NCBI GenBank assembly: GCA_043809315.1
Contig: JAZDDX010000029.1
Span: 32,001-96,000 of the forward strand
Origin: Pseudomonadota bacterium
GTDB taxonomy: Bacteria > Bdellovibrionota_G > JALEGL01 > DATDPG01
DNA: 64,000 nucleotides
Direction of reading: 5' to 3'
How positions within the stretch are numbered: position 1 is the first letter of the stretch; the number at the start of each line of letters is the position of its first letter. This document shows positions 38,447 to 47,395 of this stretch, piece after piece. The notes under the pieces were generated by a model that ran no database searches, was not told where the DNA came from, and saw only the letters and a program-made list of their open reading frames with translations. The position numbers and the translations under genes are program-made.

Positions 38447-39463
38447 ATGACTATGAAACGAACTGGACAATACCTCATCGCAACAACGGCCCTCTTGGCT
38501 TTGATCGGCTGCGGACAGATGAGAGGGGTGCAAAAATCCGCCGCCGGGAGTCGGGTAGTCCTGAAGGACGACCTCGCTGCGGATTACGCGGATTGTTCCC
38601 GCGGCCTCTTCGACGTCGCAATCCGCCAGGATTACTTGAATCACCGCGGAAAGGTCACGGTCTGGGGAAAGGGCTTTATGACTGAAGCCCCCCTCCCGCA
38701 GGGAGTGACCGCGTCCAACGTCATGGCCGAGAAGTTGGAGCCCGGAATCCAGAAAAAAGCGGCGGCCGTTACATATGCAAAACTCGGGTCGGTGGTCAGC
38801 GTCTACTTCGGCTCCCAACCAATGAAACAAGGGGTCTCGGCACAGATGGCGGAAGGAACCCTGATGCGCTCCGCCAGTGTGGTCGATAAAACGAAGGCGG
38901 GTGCGAGCGTTCCGCCCCCTTTGGTCCTCGAAAAGAAGAAGAACCTCTACGTCAGCGAGGAAATCCCCCTTGACGCGGATGAGGCCGCTTCGATCAAATC
39001 CATCGTTATTTCCAGCGCCAAACTCAAAGAAAAGCAGGCAATGGCGGTCAACATCCCCGAGACGGTCGACAAAGACGCCGAACTCGAAAAGGGGGTCGAC
39101 GCGGTTTCCTCGGGTGGGGAGATGAAGATCAAGGTAAATGCGAATCCGAATCCGAGCACCGGGGATTTCTTCATCGTTCAGATCCGGACGATATCCAAGA
39201 AAGGGCCGAACTGGGTCGGTTACTACCGGGTCAAGGACGAGGGACAGTCGGAACTTGCCGTACCAACGAAGGGAACCGACATGCAAAACAACGCGAGTGC
39301 CTCCCTCCCGGCGCCCAAAGAAGGTTCCGAGGACCTGGAGGTTACGGTCGCCCGCTCCCATCTCACGAAGTTCGCTACGGCTGACGGCGGAAACGTCTGT
39401 GTTCAGGCCGATGCGGCCGTAAGGACGCTCGGTTCCGTCGCCGCGGCGAAAGCCAAGGAATAA
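38447..39463 (+). CDS. Hypothetical lipoprotein
   Basis: Lipobox LIGC; GAGGAG RBS; probably co-transcribed with the barrel gene. Confidence 0.8.
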   Translation: MTMKRTGQYLIATTALLALIGCGQMRGVQKSAAGSRVVLKDDLAADYADCSRGLFDVAIRQDYLNHRGKVTVWGKGFMTEAPLPQGVTASNVMAEKLEPGIQKKAAAVTYAKLGSVVSVYFGSQPMKQGVSAQMAEGTLMRSASVVDKTKAGASVPPPLVLEKKKNLYVSEEIPLDADEAASIKSIVISSAKLKEKQAMAVNIPETVDKDAELEKGVDAVSSGGEMKIKVNANPNPSTGDFFIVQIRTISKKGPNWVGYYRVKDEGQSELAVPTKGTDMQNNASASLPAPKEGSEDLEVTVARSHLTKFATADGGNVCVQADAAVRTLGSVAAAKAKE

Positions 39464-39584
39464 ACAGAGTTGCTCGACCAGGTTAAGCGCCACTTCGTCA
39501 ATTGCCTGAATAGACTCAACTTCTGGACATCCACCCTTCCGGGGTATAATTGGTTGGAAGGTTTTTAAGAAAGGACCATCCCTC

Positions 39585-40070
39585 ATGGTTCGCAAAGCTC
39601 TTCTCTCCGGTATCGTGTTACTTGTCTGCTCGCCGTTCGGTGCATCGGCCCTAGAAATCGAAGGAGTTCCTGTAAAAACCATCGCGTTCGAGAGAACGGG
39701 TGGAATTATGAGATCTCACGTTCAGGGGATCATCGATGTCGACTCCTGTAGTTTGGCGATCAGAAAAACCCCTGGGGATCCCCCCGTTTCGATTCTACTT
39801 TCCCCTAGTGAGATTCAATCCTTGACGCGCTTGCTTAGCGCGATTTCCTTCGAAACACCGGATCAGTCGTACATGTGTCAGCGCTGCCGGGATACGTTCC
39901 TTTACAAACTCGTGGTGAAGGACGGAGAAAAGACGTATCGCGTCAAGTGGAACGACTGGGATATGGTGCCGAAAAAGCTGGCGGATTTCGGGGCCTTATT
40001 CGAACGATTGATCTCGGACGGGTTCAAGGCGATCCGGGCTGCGGCCGATTCCACGAAGAAAAAACTCTAG
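39585..40070 (+). CDS. Secreted protein resembling the emfourin (protealysin inhibitor) family
   Basis: Signal peptide; IAFERTGGI, DTFLYKLVV.DG, V.W.D..VP..L; TATAAT at 39545-39550. Confidence 0.6.
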   Translation: MVRKALLSGIVLLVCSPFGASALEIEGVPVKTIAFERTGGIMRSHVQGIIDVDSCSLAIRKTPGDPPVSILLSPSEIQSLTRLLSAISFETPDQSYMCQRCRDTFLYKLVVKDGEKTYRVKWNDWDMVPKKLADFGALFERLISDGFKAIRAAADSTKKKL

Positions 40071-40082
40071 GATTTCGCCCTC

Positions 40083-40110
40083 TTGACACACTATCGGCCA
40101 TCAGTATAGT
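40083..40110 (+). promoter_or_regulatory. Sigma70 promoter for yceD-rpmF
   Basis: TTGACA-16-TATAGT. Confidence 0.7.
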
Positions 40111-40124
40111 GACGCGTTTTTCGT

Positions 40125-40628
40125 ATGCGCGTGCGGATTCGGAGCATTCCTGTGAACGGCGGTCTGGACGTGAATTTCCAGATCGTTCCGTCGGTCATGG
40201 GAAAAGCAACGGCCGAAAAGGATGACCTCCCGACGGTCTTCGACCTTCCGGTCGACTGCGACCTTCATCTCGAGATGATGGGAAGCGACGTCTTCGTGAC
40301 CGGGGATTCCCGGACCACGATCCACCCGCTTTGCGCGCGATGCGGCGAGCCATTTGCCCGGGAGATGAAGGTCGACACTTCGCTGACTTGTCGGCCGGAG
40401 GAGCGAAAGGTCCCCGGAACGGATAGTTATCAGGAGTCGGAGGACGGCCTGGTCTATTTCCGGCGCGATGAGTTGGACCTGGATGAGATCATCCGGGAAC
40501 AGGTTCTTCTGGCGTTGCCGATGAAGTATCTGTGCGAGGAGAATTGCCGCGGCCTCTGTGCGAGCTGCGGGGCGAATTTGAATCTCGGCCCCCATGCTTG
40601 TACGGTGAAAACCGCGGTTACGAAGTGA
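40125..40628 (+). CDS. yceD: DUF177/YceD family protein
   Basis: CARC, LDL..IIREQVLLALPMK.LC.E.C.GLC..CG.NLN; upstream of rpmF. Confidence 0.9.
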   Translation: MRVRIRSIPVNGGLDVNFQIVPSVMGKATAEKDDLPTVFDLPVDCDLHLEMMGSDVFVTGDSRTTIHPLCARCGEPFAREMKVDTSLTCRPEERKVPGTDSYQESEDGLVYFRRDELDLDEIIREQVLLALPMKYLCEENCRGLCASCGANLNLGPHACTVKTAVTK

Positions 40629-40638
40629 GGAGTGAACG

Positions 40639-40824
40639 ATGCCCGTACCGAAGAAAAAAGTATCGAAGTCGCGGAAAAAAATGCGCCGCGCGGAAGACCG
40701 GATGACCGTCCCCGACCATATCCGGAAATGTCCCCAGTGCGGAGAGCCGGTCCTGCAACACAGGGTCTGCACCGCGTGTGGTTTTTATCGGGGCAAAGAG
40801 GTCATCGAAATCCCGCTCGATTGA
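40639..40824 (+). CDS. rpmF: 50S ribosomal protein L32
   Basis: MPVPKKKVSKSR, CPQCG..HRVC..CGFY.G. Confidence 0.96.
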   Translation: MPVPKKKVSKSRKKMRRAEDRMTVPDHIRKCPQCGEPVLQHRVCTACGFYRGKEVIEIPLD

Positions 40825-40935
40825 GCGGGTCATCCAGAACTTGACTCCCGAGCCGAAGGAAGATTTGCTCAGGAGTCGTTTCGCCCCACCGCGCCCGGTG
40901 GCGGTGTGGATCTCAGTAAAAACGGAGGTATGAAG

Positions 40936-41166
40936 ATGTCGGCAGATAATAAAGTGAAAGAGATCATCGCGGAACAACTGAACGTCGAGATCTCGGAGTT
41001 GGAAAATTCAAAGTCTTTCATCAATGATCTCGGGGCCGATTCCCTGGACATCGTCGAATTGGTCATGGCGATGGAAGAGGAGTTCGACGTCGAGATTCCC
41101 GACGAGGCTGCGGAGAAGATCCAAACCGTCGGCGACGCCATCAAGTACATTTCCGAACACAGCTGA
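40936..41166 (+). CDS. acpP: Acyl carrier protein
   Basis: [25 protein letters not shown] 7 nt before ATG 40936. Confidence 0.97.
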   Translation: MSADNKVKEIIAEQLNVEISELENSKSFINDLGADSLDIVELVMAMEEEFDVEIPDEAAEKIQTVGDAIKYISEHS

Positions 41167-41204
41167 ACGGGGTTTTGGGGGATTTGGGGCCCCCAACAAA
41201 GCGT

Positions 41205-42458
41205 ATGGGCAAAAACCGTCAACGTCGCGTGGTGGTGACCGGACTCGGGCTTGTGACGCCGCTCGGGATCGGGGTCGAAGCGAACTGGAAAGTCCTCATG
41301 GCGGGGGAATCGGGCGCCGGCCCGATCACCCGTTTCGACGCCACCGATTACCCGGTCCGGATTGCAACCGAAGTGAAGGGGTTCAATCCGGAAGAGTGGA
41401 TGGACAAAAAGATCGTCAAGCAGATGGACACTTTCATCCATTACGCCTTGGCCGCCGCCAAGATGGCGATGCAAGACTCGGGACTCGTGATCGACCCTTC
41501 AAACGCCGAGCGTGTCGGTTCCCTGGTGGGGGCCGGCCTCGGAGGACTCCCCGAGATCGAGGCAACGCACAAGGAGCTTCTCGAGAAAGGGCCGAAACGG
41601 GTCTCCCCGTTCTTCATCCCTCGCCTGATCGCCAACCTCGCTCCGGGCCAGATTTCGATCATGTTCGGAGCGAAGGGGCCGAATTCCTGCACCGTGACTG
41701 CCTGTGCGACCGGAACCCACTGCATCGGCGATGCCATGAAGATCATCGAGCGCGGCGATGCCGACGCAATGATTGCCGGCGGTACCGAGGCGACGATCAC
41801 CCCTCTTTGCGTCGCGGGGTTCACCAGCATGCGAGCCCTTTCGCGCCGGAACGAAGAGCCGAAGCGTGCCAGCCGCCCATTCGACAAGGACCGGGACGGC
41901 TTCGTGGTCGGCGAGGGATCCGGCATCGTGGTCCTCGAGGAATTGGAGTTCGCGAAAAAGCGTGGAGCCCGGATCTACGCGGAAGTGACCGGCTACGGAA
42001 TGTCGGGGGACGCTTATCACGTTTCCGCTCCCGCTCCGGAAGGGGATGGGGCACAGCGCTGCATGAAGGCCGCGCTCCGGGACGCGGGGTTGAACCCCAC
42101 GGAGGTCGGGTATGTCAACGCCCACGGCACTTCGACCCCCTTCAACGACGCCCTCGAAACGCTGGCGATCAAGCGAGTGTTCGGCGACCACGCGCGAAAA
42201 CTCAAAATCAGTTCGACGAAGTCGATGACGGGGCATCTGCTCGGTGCGGCCGGAGGGGTCGAGGCGATTTATACCGTTCTCGCACTCCACCGGAACGTTC
42301 TCCCCCCGACGATCAACTACGAGACCCCCGATCCGGAATGCGACCTCGATTACGTGCCGAACCAACCGCAGGAGGTGAGGGTCGAAGCGGCGATCTCGAA
42401 CTCCTTCGGCTTCGGCGGCACGAACGGGACGCTCGCCTTCGGTCGGTTCCATGGTTGA
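41205..42458 (+). CDS. fabF: Beta-ketoacyl-ACP synthase II
   Basis: [35 protein letters not shown]. Confidence 0.97.
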   Translation: MGKNRQRRVVVTGLGLVTPLGIGVEANWKVLMAGESGAGPITRFDATDYPVRIATEVKGFNPEEWMDKKIVKQMDTFIHYALAAAKMAMQDSGLVIDPSNAERVGSLVGAGLGGLPEIEATHKELLEKGPKRVSPFFIPRLIANLAPGQISIMFGAKGPNSCTVTACATGTHCIGDAMKIIERGDADAMIAGGTEATITPLCVAGFTSMRALSRRNEEPKRASRPFDKDRDGFVVGEGSGIVVLEELEFAKKRGARIYAEVTGYGMSGDAYHVSAPAPEGDGAQRCMKAALRDAGLNPTEVGYVNAHGTSTPFNDALETLAIKRVFGDHARKLKISSTKSMTGHLLGAAGGVEAIYTVLALHRNVLPPTINYETPDPECDLDYVPNQPQEVRVEAAISNSFGFGGTNGTLAFGRFHG

Positions 42459-42954
42459 AAGTTGGGAGCGGCAGATCCGCCGGATCGCCCTTGGAAGCGA
42501 CCACGCAGCGTTCGAACTCAAGGAAGCGCTGAAAAAACACCTGCAATCCAAAGGGATCGAGGCGATCGATTGCGGCACACACACCCGCGAAACCGCCGAT
42601 TACCCCGACTTCGCCGAAAAGGTGGCTTCCCTCGTCTCGACCGGCCGGGTCTCGGAAGGGATCCTGGTCTGCGGCACGGGAATCGGGATGTCGATGGTCG
42701 CCAACAAATATCCGAACGTACGGGCCGCGGTCGTCTCGACACCGTTCACCGCCAAGTCGTCCCGCGCCCACAACGACGCCAACATCCTCTGCCTTGGTGC
42801 TCGCGTCGTCGATGAAAAGACCGCTCTCGAACTGACCGACATCTTCCTTGCCGAACCGTTCGAGGGAGGGCGCCACGCCGGCCGCGTCGAGAAGATCAAA
42901 CAACTCGACAAGGGGATCGTCCCCCCCTCCAAATTGGAGAACGACAAATGCTGA
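42451..42954 (+). CDS. rpiB: Ribose-5-phosphate isomerase B
   Basis: GSDHAA, DYPD, CGTGIGM, HNDANIL, FEGGRH. Confidence 0.96.
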   Translation: MVESWERQIRRIALGSDHAAFELKEALKKHLQSKGIEAIDCGTHTRETADYPDFAEKVASLVSTGRVSEGILVCGTGIGMSMVANKYPNVRAAVVSTPFTAKSSRAHNDANILCLGARVVDEKTALELTDIFLAEPFEGGRHAGRVEKIKQLDKGIVPPSKLENDKC

Positions 42955-44207
42955 ATCTGAACGCTTCGCTCAAGAACGCCGACCCGGAACTGTTCCGAAT
43001 CATCCAAGCCGAAACCCGAAGACAGGCGGACCATCTCGAGATGATCGCCTCGGAGAACTTCGTGAGCGTCGCAGTTCTTCAAGCGATGGGCTCTTCCCTC
43101 ACGAACAAATACGCGGAAGGGTATCCCGGCAAGCGCTATTACGGCGGGTGCGAGTTCGTCGATCAGTCGGAAACGCTGGCCAACGAGAGGGCGAAACAGC
43201 TGTTCGGGGCGTTCTACGCCAACAGCCAGCCTCATTCCGGATCGCAGGCGAACATGGGGGTTTATTTTTCTGTTCTAACTCCGGGGGACCGGATCCTGGC
43301 GATGAACCTCTCCCACGGTGGGCACTTAACACACGGGAGCCCAGTCAACTTCTCCGGGAAGTTCTACGAGGTCGTCCCGTACGGCGTGAAGAAAGAGACC
43401 GGCTTGATCGACTACGACGAGGTCGAATCACTGGCGAAGGAGAAAAAGCCGAAGATGATTGTCTGCGGGGCGAGCGCCTATCCGCGTCACATCGACTTCG
43501 CTCGCTTCCGAGCAATCGCCGACTCGGTCGGGGCGTTTTTGTTGGCCGACGTCGCCCACCCGGCGGGGCTGATCGCGGTCGGGCTTCACCCGAGCCCGGT
43601 TCCCCACTGCCATTTCGTCACCTCGACGACGCACAAGACCCTCCGAGGCCCGCGGGGAGGTCTCATCCTGGCGCAGGAAGCGGTGGCCAAGAAAGTCTCC
43701 AGCACGATCTTCCCCGGGATTCAGGGGGGACCACTCTGCCACGTGATCGCCGCGAAGGCGGTGGCGTTCGGCGAAGCGCTCCAGCCGGAGTTCAAGGCGT
43801 ACGGCGAGCAGACGATCAAGAACACGAAGAAACTGGCCGAGGGGTTGGTCGCAAAAGGTTTTGACCTGATCAGCGGCGGAACCGACAACCACTTGGTTCT
43901 GGTCGATCTCCGGAACAAGAGCCTCACCGGCAAAGATGCCGAGATCGCGCTCGAAAAAGCGGGGATCACGGTGAACAAGAACATGGTTCCGTTCGACGAC
44001 AAGTCCCCCTTCGTGACAAGCGGAATCCGGATCGGAACGCCGGCGATCACGACGCGCGGAATGAAAGAAAAAGAGATGATTCTAATTTCCGACTGGATCG
44101 ACCGTGTGATCCAAGCCCCGACCGACGAAACGGTGATCGCGAAAACCCGCAAGGAGATCGAAGAGCTTTGTAAGAAGTTCCCGCTTTACGCCGAGTTGCT
44201 CGGCTGA
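42948..44207 (+). CDS. glyA: Serine hydroxymethyltransferase
   Basis: [40 protein letters not shown]. Confidence 0.98.
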   Translation: MLNLNASLKNADPELFRIIQAETRRQADHLEMIASENFVSVAVLQAMGSSLTNKYAEGYPGKRYYGGCEFVDQSETLANERAKQLFGAFYANSQPHSGSQANMGVYFSVLTPGDRILAMNLSHGGHLTHGSPVNFSGKFYEVVPYGVKKETGLIDYDEVESLAKEKKPKMIVCGASAYPRHIDFARFRAIADSVGAFLLADVAHPAGLIAVGLHPSPVPHCHFVTSTTHKTLRGPRGGLILAQEAVAKKVSSTIFPGIQGGPLCHVIAAKAVAFGEALQPEFKAYGEQTIKNTKKLAEGLVAKGFDLISGGTDNHLVLVDLRNKSLTGKDAEIALEKAGITVNKNMVPFDDKSPFVTSGIRIGTPAITTRGMKEKEMILISDWIDRVIQAPTDETVIAKTRKEIEELCKKFPLYAELLG

Positions 44208-44235
44208 CATTCTTGGGGTCAATTTCCAGGAGGCG

Positions 44236-45123
44236 TTATTTCTTTTTCCGGAAGAGACCGTGGATGTAGCTCACGGTAAGTTCGGCGAAATCGTTGACCT
44301 TGCTTCGAAAACAGGTTGCATGTTTTTCGATGAGATCAACGTTTTTGACGAAATGTTCTTCCCAATAGAAGATCCGGTCGAATCGATCGGCTTTCTGGGA
44401 CCAGAGATCCCGAAACTTCCGGAGAGACCACCGGTTCACATCCGTGAATTCCACCGGTCCCCTCCCTTTGTTCCGACAGAACTTCTGAATGACATCCTCC
44501 GGAAAAAGGTGGTGACCATATGGAACCGCGAACTTCCGCGAGCTGTGAAGTCCTTTCGCAGAATTGTACAGCGGCCCGAATTGGCAATACAGGAACCCGT
44601 AGGGGCGCAGAACGCGTGACGCCTCATCCAGGGTGAGCTCTGGCTCCGCGTAATGCTCAAGCCCGTCGAAGGAGAACACGTAGTCGAAACTGTTTTCGCG
44701 GAATTCAAGTCGAGCGACGTCCATTTTCCGTAAAGATACTCCGCGGCGGATGATCGCCTCATCGAACTCCTCGGTCCGGAGATCGATTCCGGTCGCATTT
44801 CTTCCGATCGTCTGAAGCGCCGAACAGACCGCTCCGTTCCCGCACCCCAACTCCAGAAAATCCCGCAACCGATTACGGTCCCACCTCCCGATCGCCTTCA
44901 GCAGCTGGGTTGCTCGAATTCTTCCCATCTCCACCCGCGTTTCAGGATCGATCGTCGCGCTCTTTTTCGGAGGATACCGGGCATCCAGCTCTTCAATTAG
45001 ATTCGGATCCAACCATTCGGGTGAAGTCCCCGCCCTCCTGAACGTTCTTTGGGCCCGATTCGATCGAACCCACTGTCGGGTCTTTTCCCATCGTGCGCGG
45101 AGGCGATGACAATACGAGAACAT
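44236..45123 (-). CDS. Class I SAM-dependent methyltransferase
   Basis: FLELGCGNG, GID, MDVARLEF..NSFDYVFS, RVLRPYG; start uncertain (ATG 45123 or up to 45216). Confidence 0.85.
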   Translation of the reverse strand: MFSYCHRLRARWEKTRQWVRSNRAQRTFRRAGTSPEWLDPNLIEELDARYPPKKSATIDPETRVEMGRIRATQLLKAIGRWDRNRLRDFLELGCGNGAVCSALQTIGRNATGIDLRTEEFDEAIIRRGVSLRKMDVARLEFRENSFDYVFSFDGLEHYAEPELTLDEASRVLRPYGFLYCQFGPLYNSAKGLHSSRKFAVPYGHHLFPEDVIQKFCRNKGRGPVEFTDVNRWSLRKFRDLWSQKADRFDRIFYWEEHFVKNVDLIEKHATCFRSKVNDFAELTVSYIHGLFRKKK

Positions 45124-45207
45124 CAAGCATGAAATATGTATCAAATACGAGTTGAACCTGGCACTAAAACTCTCCAGGAGATGTCGCTCTTTCGTTCCGA
45201 GAAATCC

Positions 45208-46314
45208 ATGAACCACAAAGGCTCTTACACGTTTTTCGTCACGAATATGGGCGGGGGAGGCACGGAACGGACGATTTCAAATCTCCTTCGCGGATTCTCA
45301 TCCGATGAATGTGCCGTCGATCTCGTTTTGCTTCAGGCAACAGGCCCGTACCTTGACGATCTTCCACCGAACGTATCGGTCTTCACACTGAACCGACGAT
45401 CCCGTCTTTTCGCTCTCCTGCCTTTGGTGAAGTATTTCAGAAAACGTCGCCCCTCTTTCTTCATTTCTTTTTTCACACGGAACAACCTTCTCGCCATTGT
45501 GGCACGGAGGATCGCCCGCGTCCCGAGCCGACTGATCGTGAACGAACGACAAAATCTCAAAGGCTGGCTCGCCCAAGAACCGTTCTGGCGACGGCTTCAT
45601 TATCGTTTACTAATTCGCTTGCTCTATCCCCGTGCCGATCGACTCTTCACGAACTCCAGAGGAGTCGCGGAAGATCTGGCCCGCTTCCTACCGGAACTCT
45701 CCAGCAAGATCCGGTTCGTCCCGAACGGTGTTCTGACGCCCGATTTCCAAGAAAAAACCGCCGAGCCGATCCCACGTTCGGATCTTTTTCGGAACGATCG
45801 ACCTGTCATCCTCGCCGTCGGACGGCTCTACGGCATAAAAGACTTCCCCACGATGATCCACGCCTTTGCAAGAATTCGGAGGGAGCAGACAGCCACACTC
45901 GTCATCCTGGGTGACGGACCCCGACGACGCGAACTCGAAGAACTCGTCCGAAATCTCCGCTTGGAGAACGACGTTTGTTTTCTTGGATTCGTTCGAAATC
46001 CTTTCAACTACATGGCGCGCGCCCGACTGGTTGTCATTTCGTCTTTGATTGAGGCCAGCCCAAACGTCTTGATCGAGGCTCTGGCATGCGGCACCCCCGT
46101 CGTCTCGACCGATTGTGACTACGGGCCTCGCGAGTTGCTGAAAGATCGCCGGTTCGGCACGCTCGTCCCGGTTCGAGATCACAGGACGTTAGCCCAGGCA
46201 ATTCTCGAGCGTCTTCGGGCGGCTCCAGAGCGCGTCGACGCCGGAGATGCGTTGCGATGTTATGGGTTTGAAGAGGCCACGAAACGGTTCCGGGAAGCCC
46301 TTCTGGAAGCATGA
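45208..46314 (+). CDS. GT4 glycosyltransferase
   Basis: GGGTER, AVGRL..IKDF, ILGDGP, EASPNVLIEALACG (EX7E), DCDYGPRE; start uncertain. Confidence 0.92.
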   Translation: MNHKGSYTFFVTNMGGGGTERTISNLLRGFSSDECAVDLVLLQATGPYLDDLPPNVSVFTLNRRSRLFALLPLVKYFRKRRPSFFISFFTRNNLLAIVARRIARVPSRLIVNERQNLKGWLAQEPFWRRLHYRLLIRLLYPRADRLFTNSRGVAEDLARFLPELSSKIRFVPNGVLTPDFQEKTAEPIPRSDLFRNDRPVILAVGRLYGIKDFPTMIHAFARIRREQTATLVILGDGPRRRELEELVRNLRLENDVCFLGFVRNPFNYMARARLVVISSLIEASPNVLIEALACGTPVVSTDCDYGPRELLKDRRFGTLVPVRDHRTLAQAILERLRAAPERVDAGDALRCYGFEEATKRFREALLEA

Positions 46315-46411
46315 CTCCCGACGACGTGCTGAGGCGCCTTGAACTTCGGCATCTTCGGTGATAGACGTCTAAAATCAGCCCCAGGAAAGCTCTTCCGGGA
46401 GAGGGAGTTTT

Positions 46412-47395
46412 TTGATCGTGATTGCCACTCCACGACGTGTTCAGAATTCCGTACGGGCCTTCATCAGCCGACGACTGAAACTCACGCGGGCCCTCAGCTA
46501 TCCGGAGTATCTGTTCGTTGAACCGACCAACTTCTGCAATCTGAAGTGCCCCCTTTGTCCAACGGGTGCTGGATACCTCGGTCGGGTTCCGCGCGGTTAC
46601 ATGAATATCGAACATTACAGGAATTTGATCGACGAGCTGTCGCCCTATGCCCGGCGGATCGAACTCTGGGGATTCGGCGAACCGATGATGCACCCGGAGA
46701 TCCACACGATGATCTCCTATGCTTCGACAAACGGGCTCCGCACAAAAATCAGTACGAACGGCCAATTCTTTGAAACCCGGGAGGATGCGGAGCGGATCGT
46801 GGCATCCCGGCTTGACAAAATGAAGCTGTCCCTGGACGGACTTTCCCAGGAGACGTTGTCCGTCTATCGGAGAAACGCTTCGTTCGAGAAACTCATCCAC
46901 GGAATCGAACTGATCAACGAAGCGAAACTACGGGCGAACTCGAAAACACCGCGCCTAATCCTTCAGTTCATCGTCATGAAACACAACGAACATGAAGTGG
47001 ATCGAGCCCCGGAGTTCGCTCGACGAATGAACATGACGTTGAAGATCAAACCGGTCGGTCTCAGCTCCAGCGACGAGGCCGACGAATTCCTGCCCCAGAG
47101 TGATCGATACAGCCGATTCAGCTACAGCAAATCGAGAACCGCTCTGGAGCCCAAGTATTCGCAACCATCGGTCTGTCCGTATCCATGGAATTGGGCTCAC
47201 CTGAACTGGGACGGAACGGTAGTCGCCTGCTGCAAGGATCCCCGCCGGCGTTACGTTTTCGGCAACGCGTTCGAAGAGGGGGGGTTTACGAAAGTCTGGA
47301 ACTCGCCGCCCTACGTTCAATTCCGAAAACAGTATCTCGCCGACCGAACCGCATTGGACCGCTGCCGAGACTGCGTTTTACCTCCCCATATTTGA
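46412..47395 (+). CDS. Radical SAM enzyme with Twitch/SPASM domain
   Basis: EPTNFCNLKCPLC, GFGEPMMH, STNG, SLDG; C-terminal CPYPW..WDG.VVACC..GN..WNS..CRDC. Confidence 0.93.
   Translation: MIVIATPRRVQNSVRAFISRRLKLTRALSYPEYLFVEPTNFCNLKCPLCPTGAGYLGRVPRGYMNIEHYRNLIDELSPYARRIELWGFGEPMMHPEIHTMISYASTNGLRTKISTNGQFFETREDAERIVASRLDKMKLSLDGLSQETLSVYRRNASFEKLIHGIELINEAKLRANSKTPRLILQFIVMKHNEHEVDRAPEFARRMNMTLKIKPVGLSSSDEADEFLPQSDRYSRFSYSKSRTALEPKYSQPSVCPYPWNWAHLNWDGTVVACCKDPRRRYVFGNAFEEGGFTKVWNSPPYVQFRKQYLADRTALDRCRDCVLPPHI

Noticed and set aside
41174-41197. Hairpin TTGGGGG...CCCCCAA between acpP and fabF
   Set aside because: No U-tract and no second copy found; cannot be called a terminator or REP element.
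46311-46361. 16-codon ORF MTPDDVLRRLELRHLR coupled to the GT4 stop, considered as a RiPP precursor
   Set aside because: Very short, no leader/core pattern, and it overlaps a plausible promoter; probably incidental.
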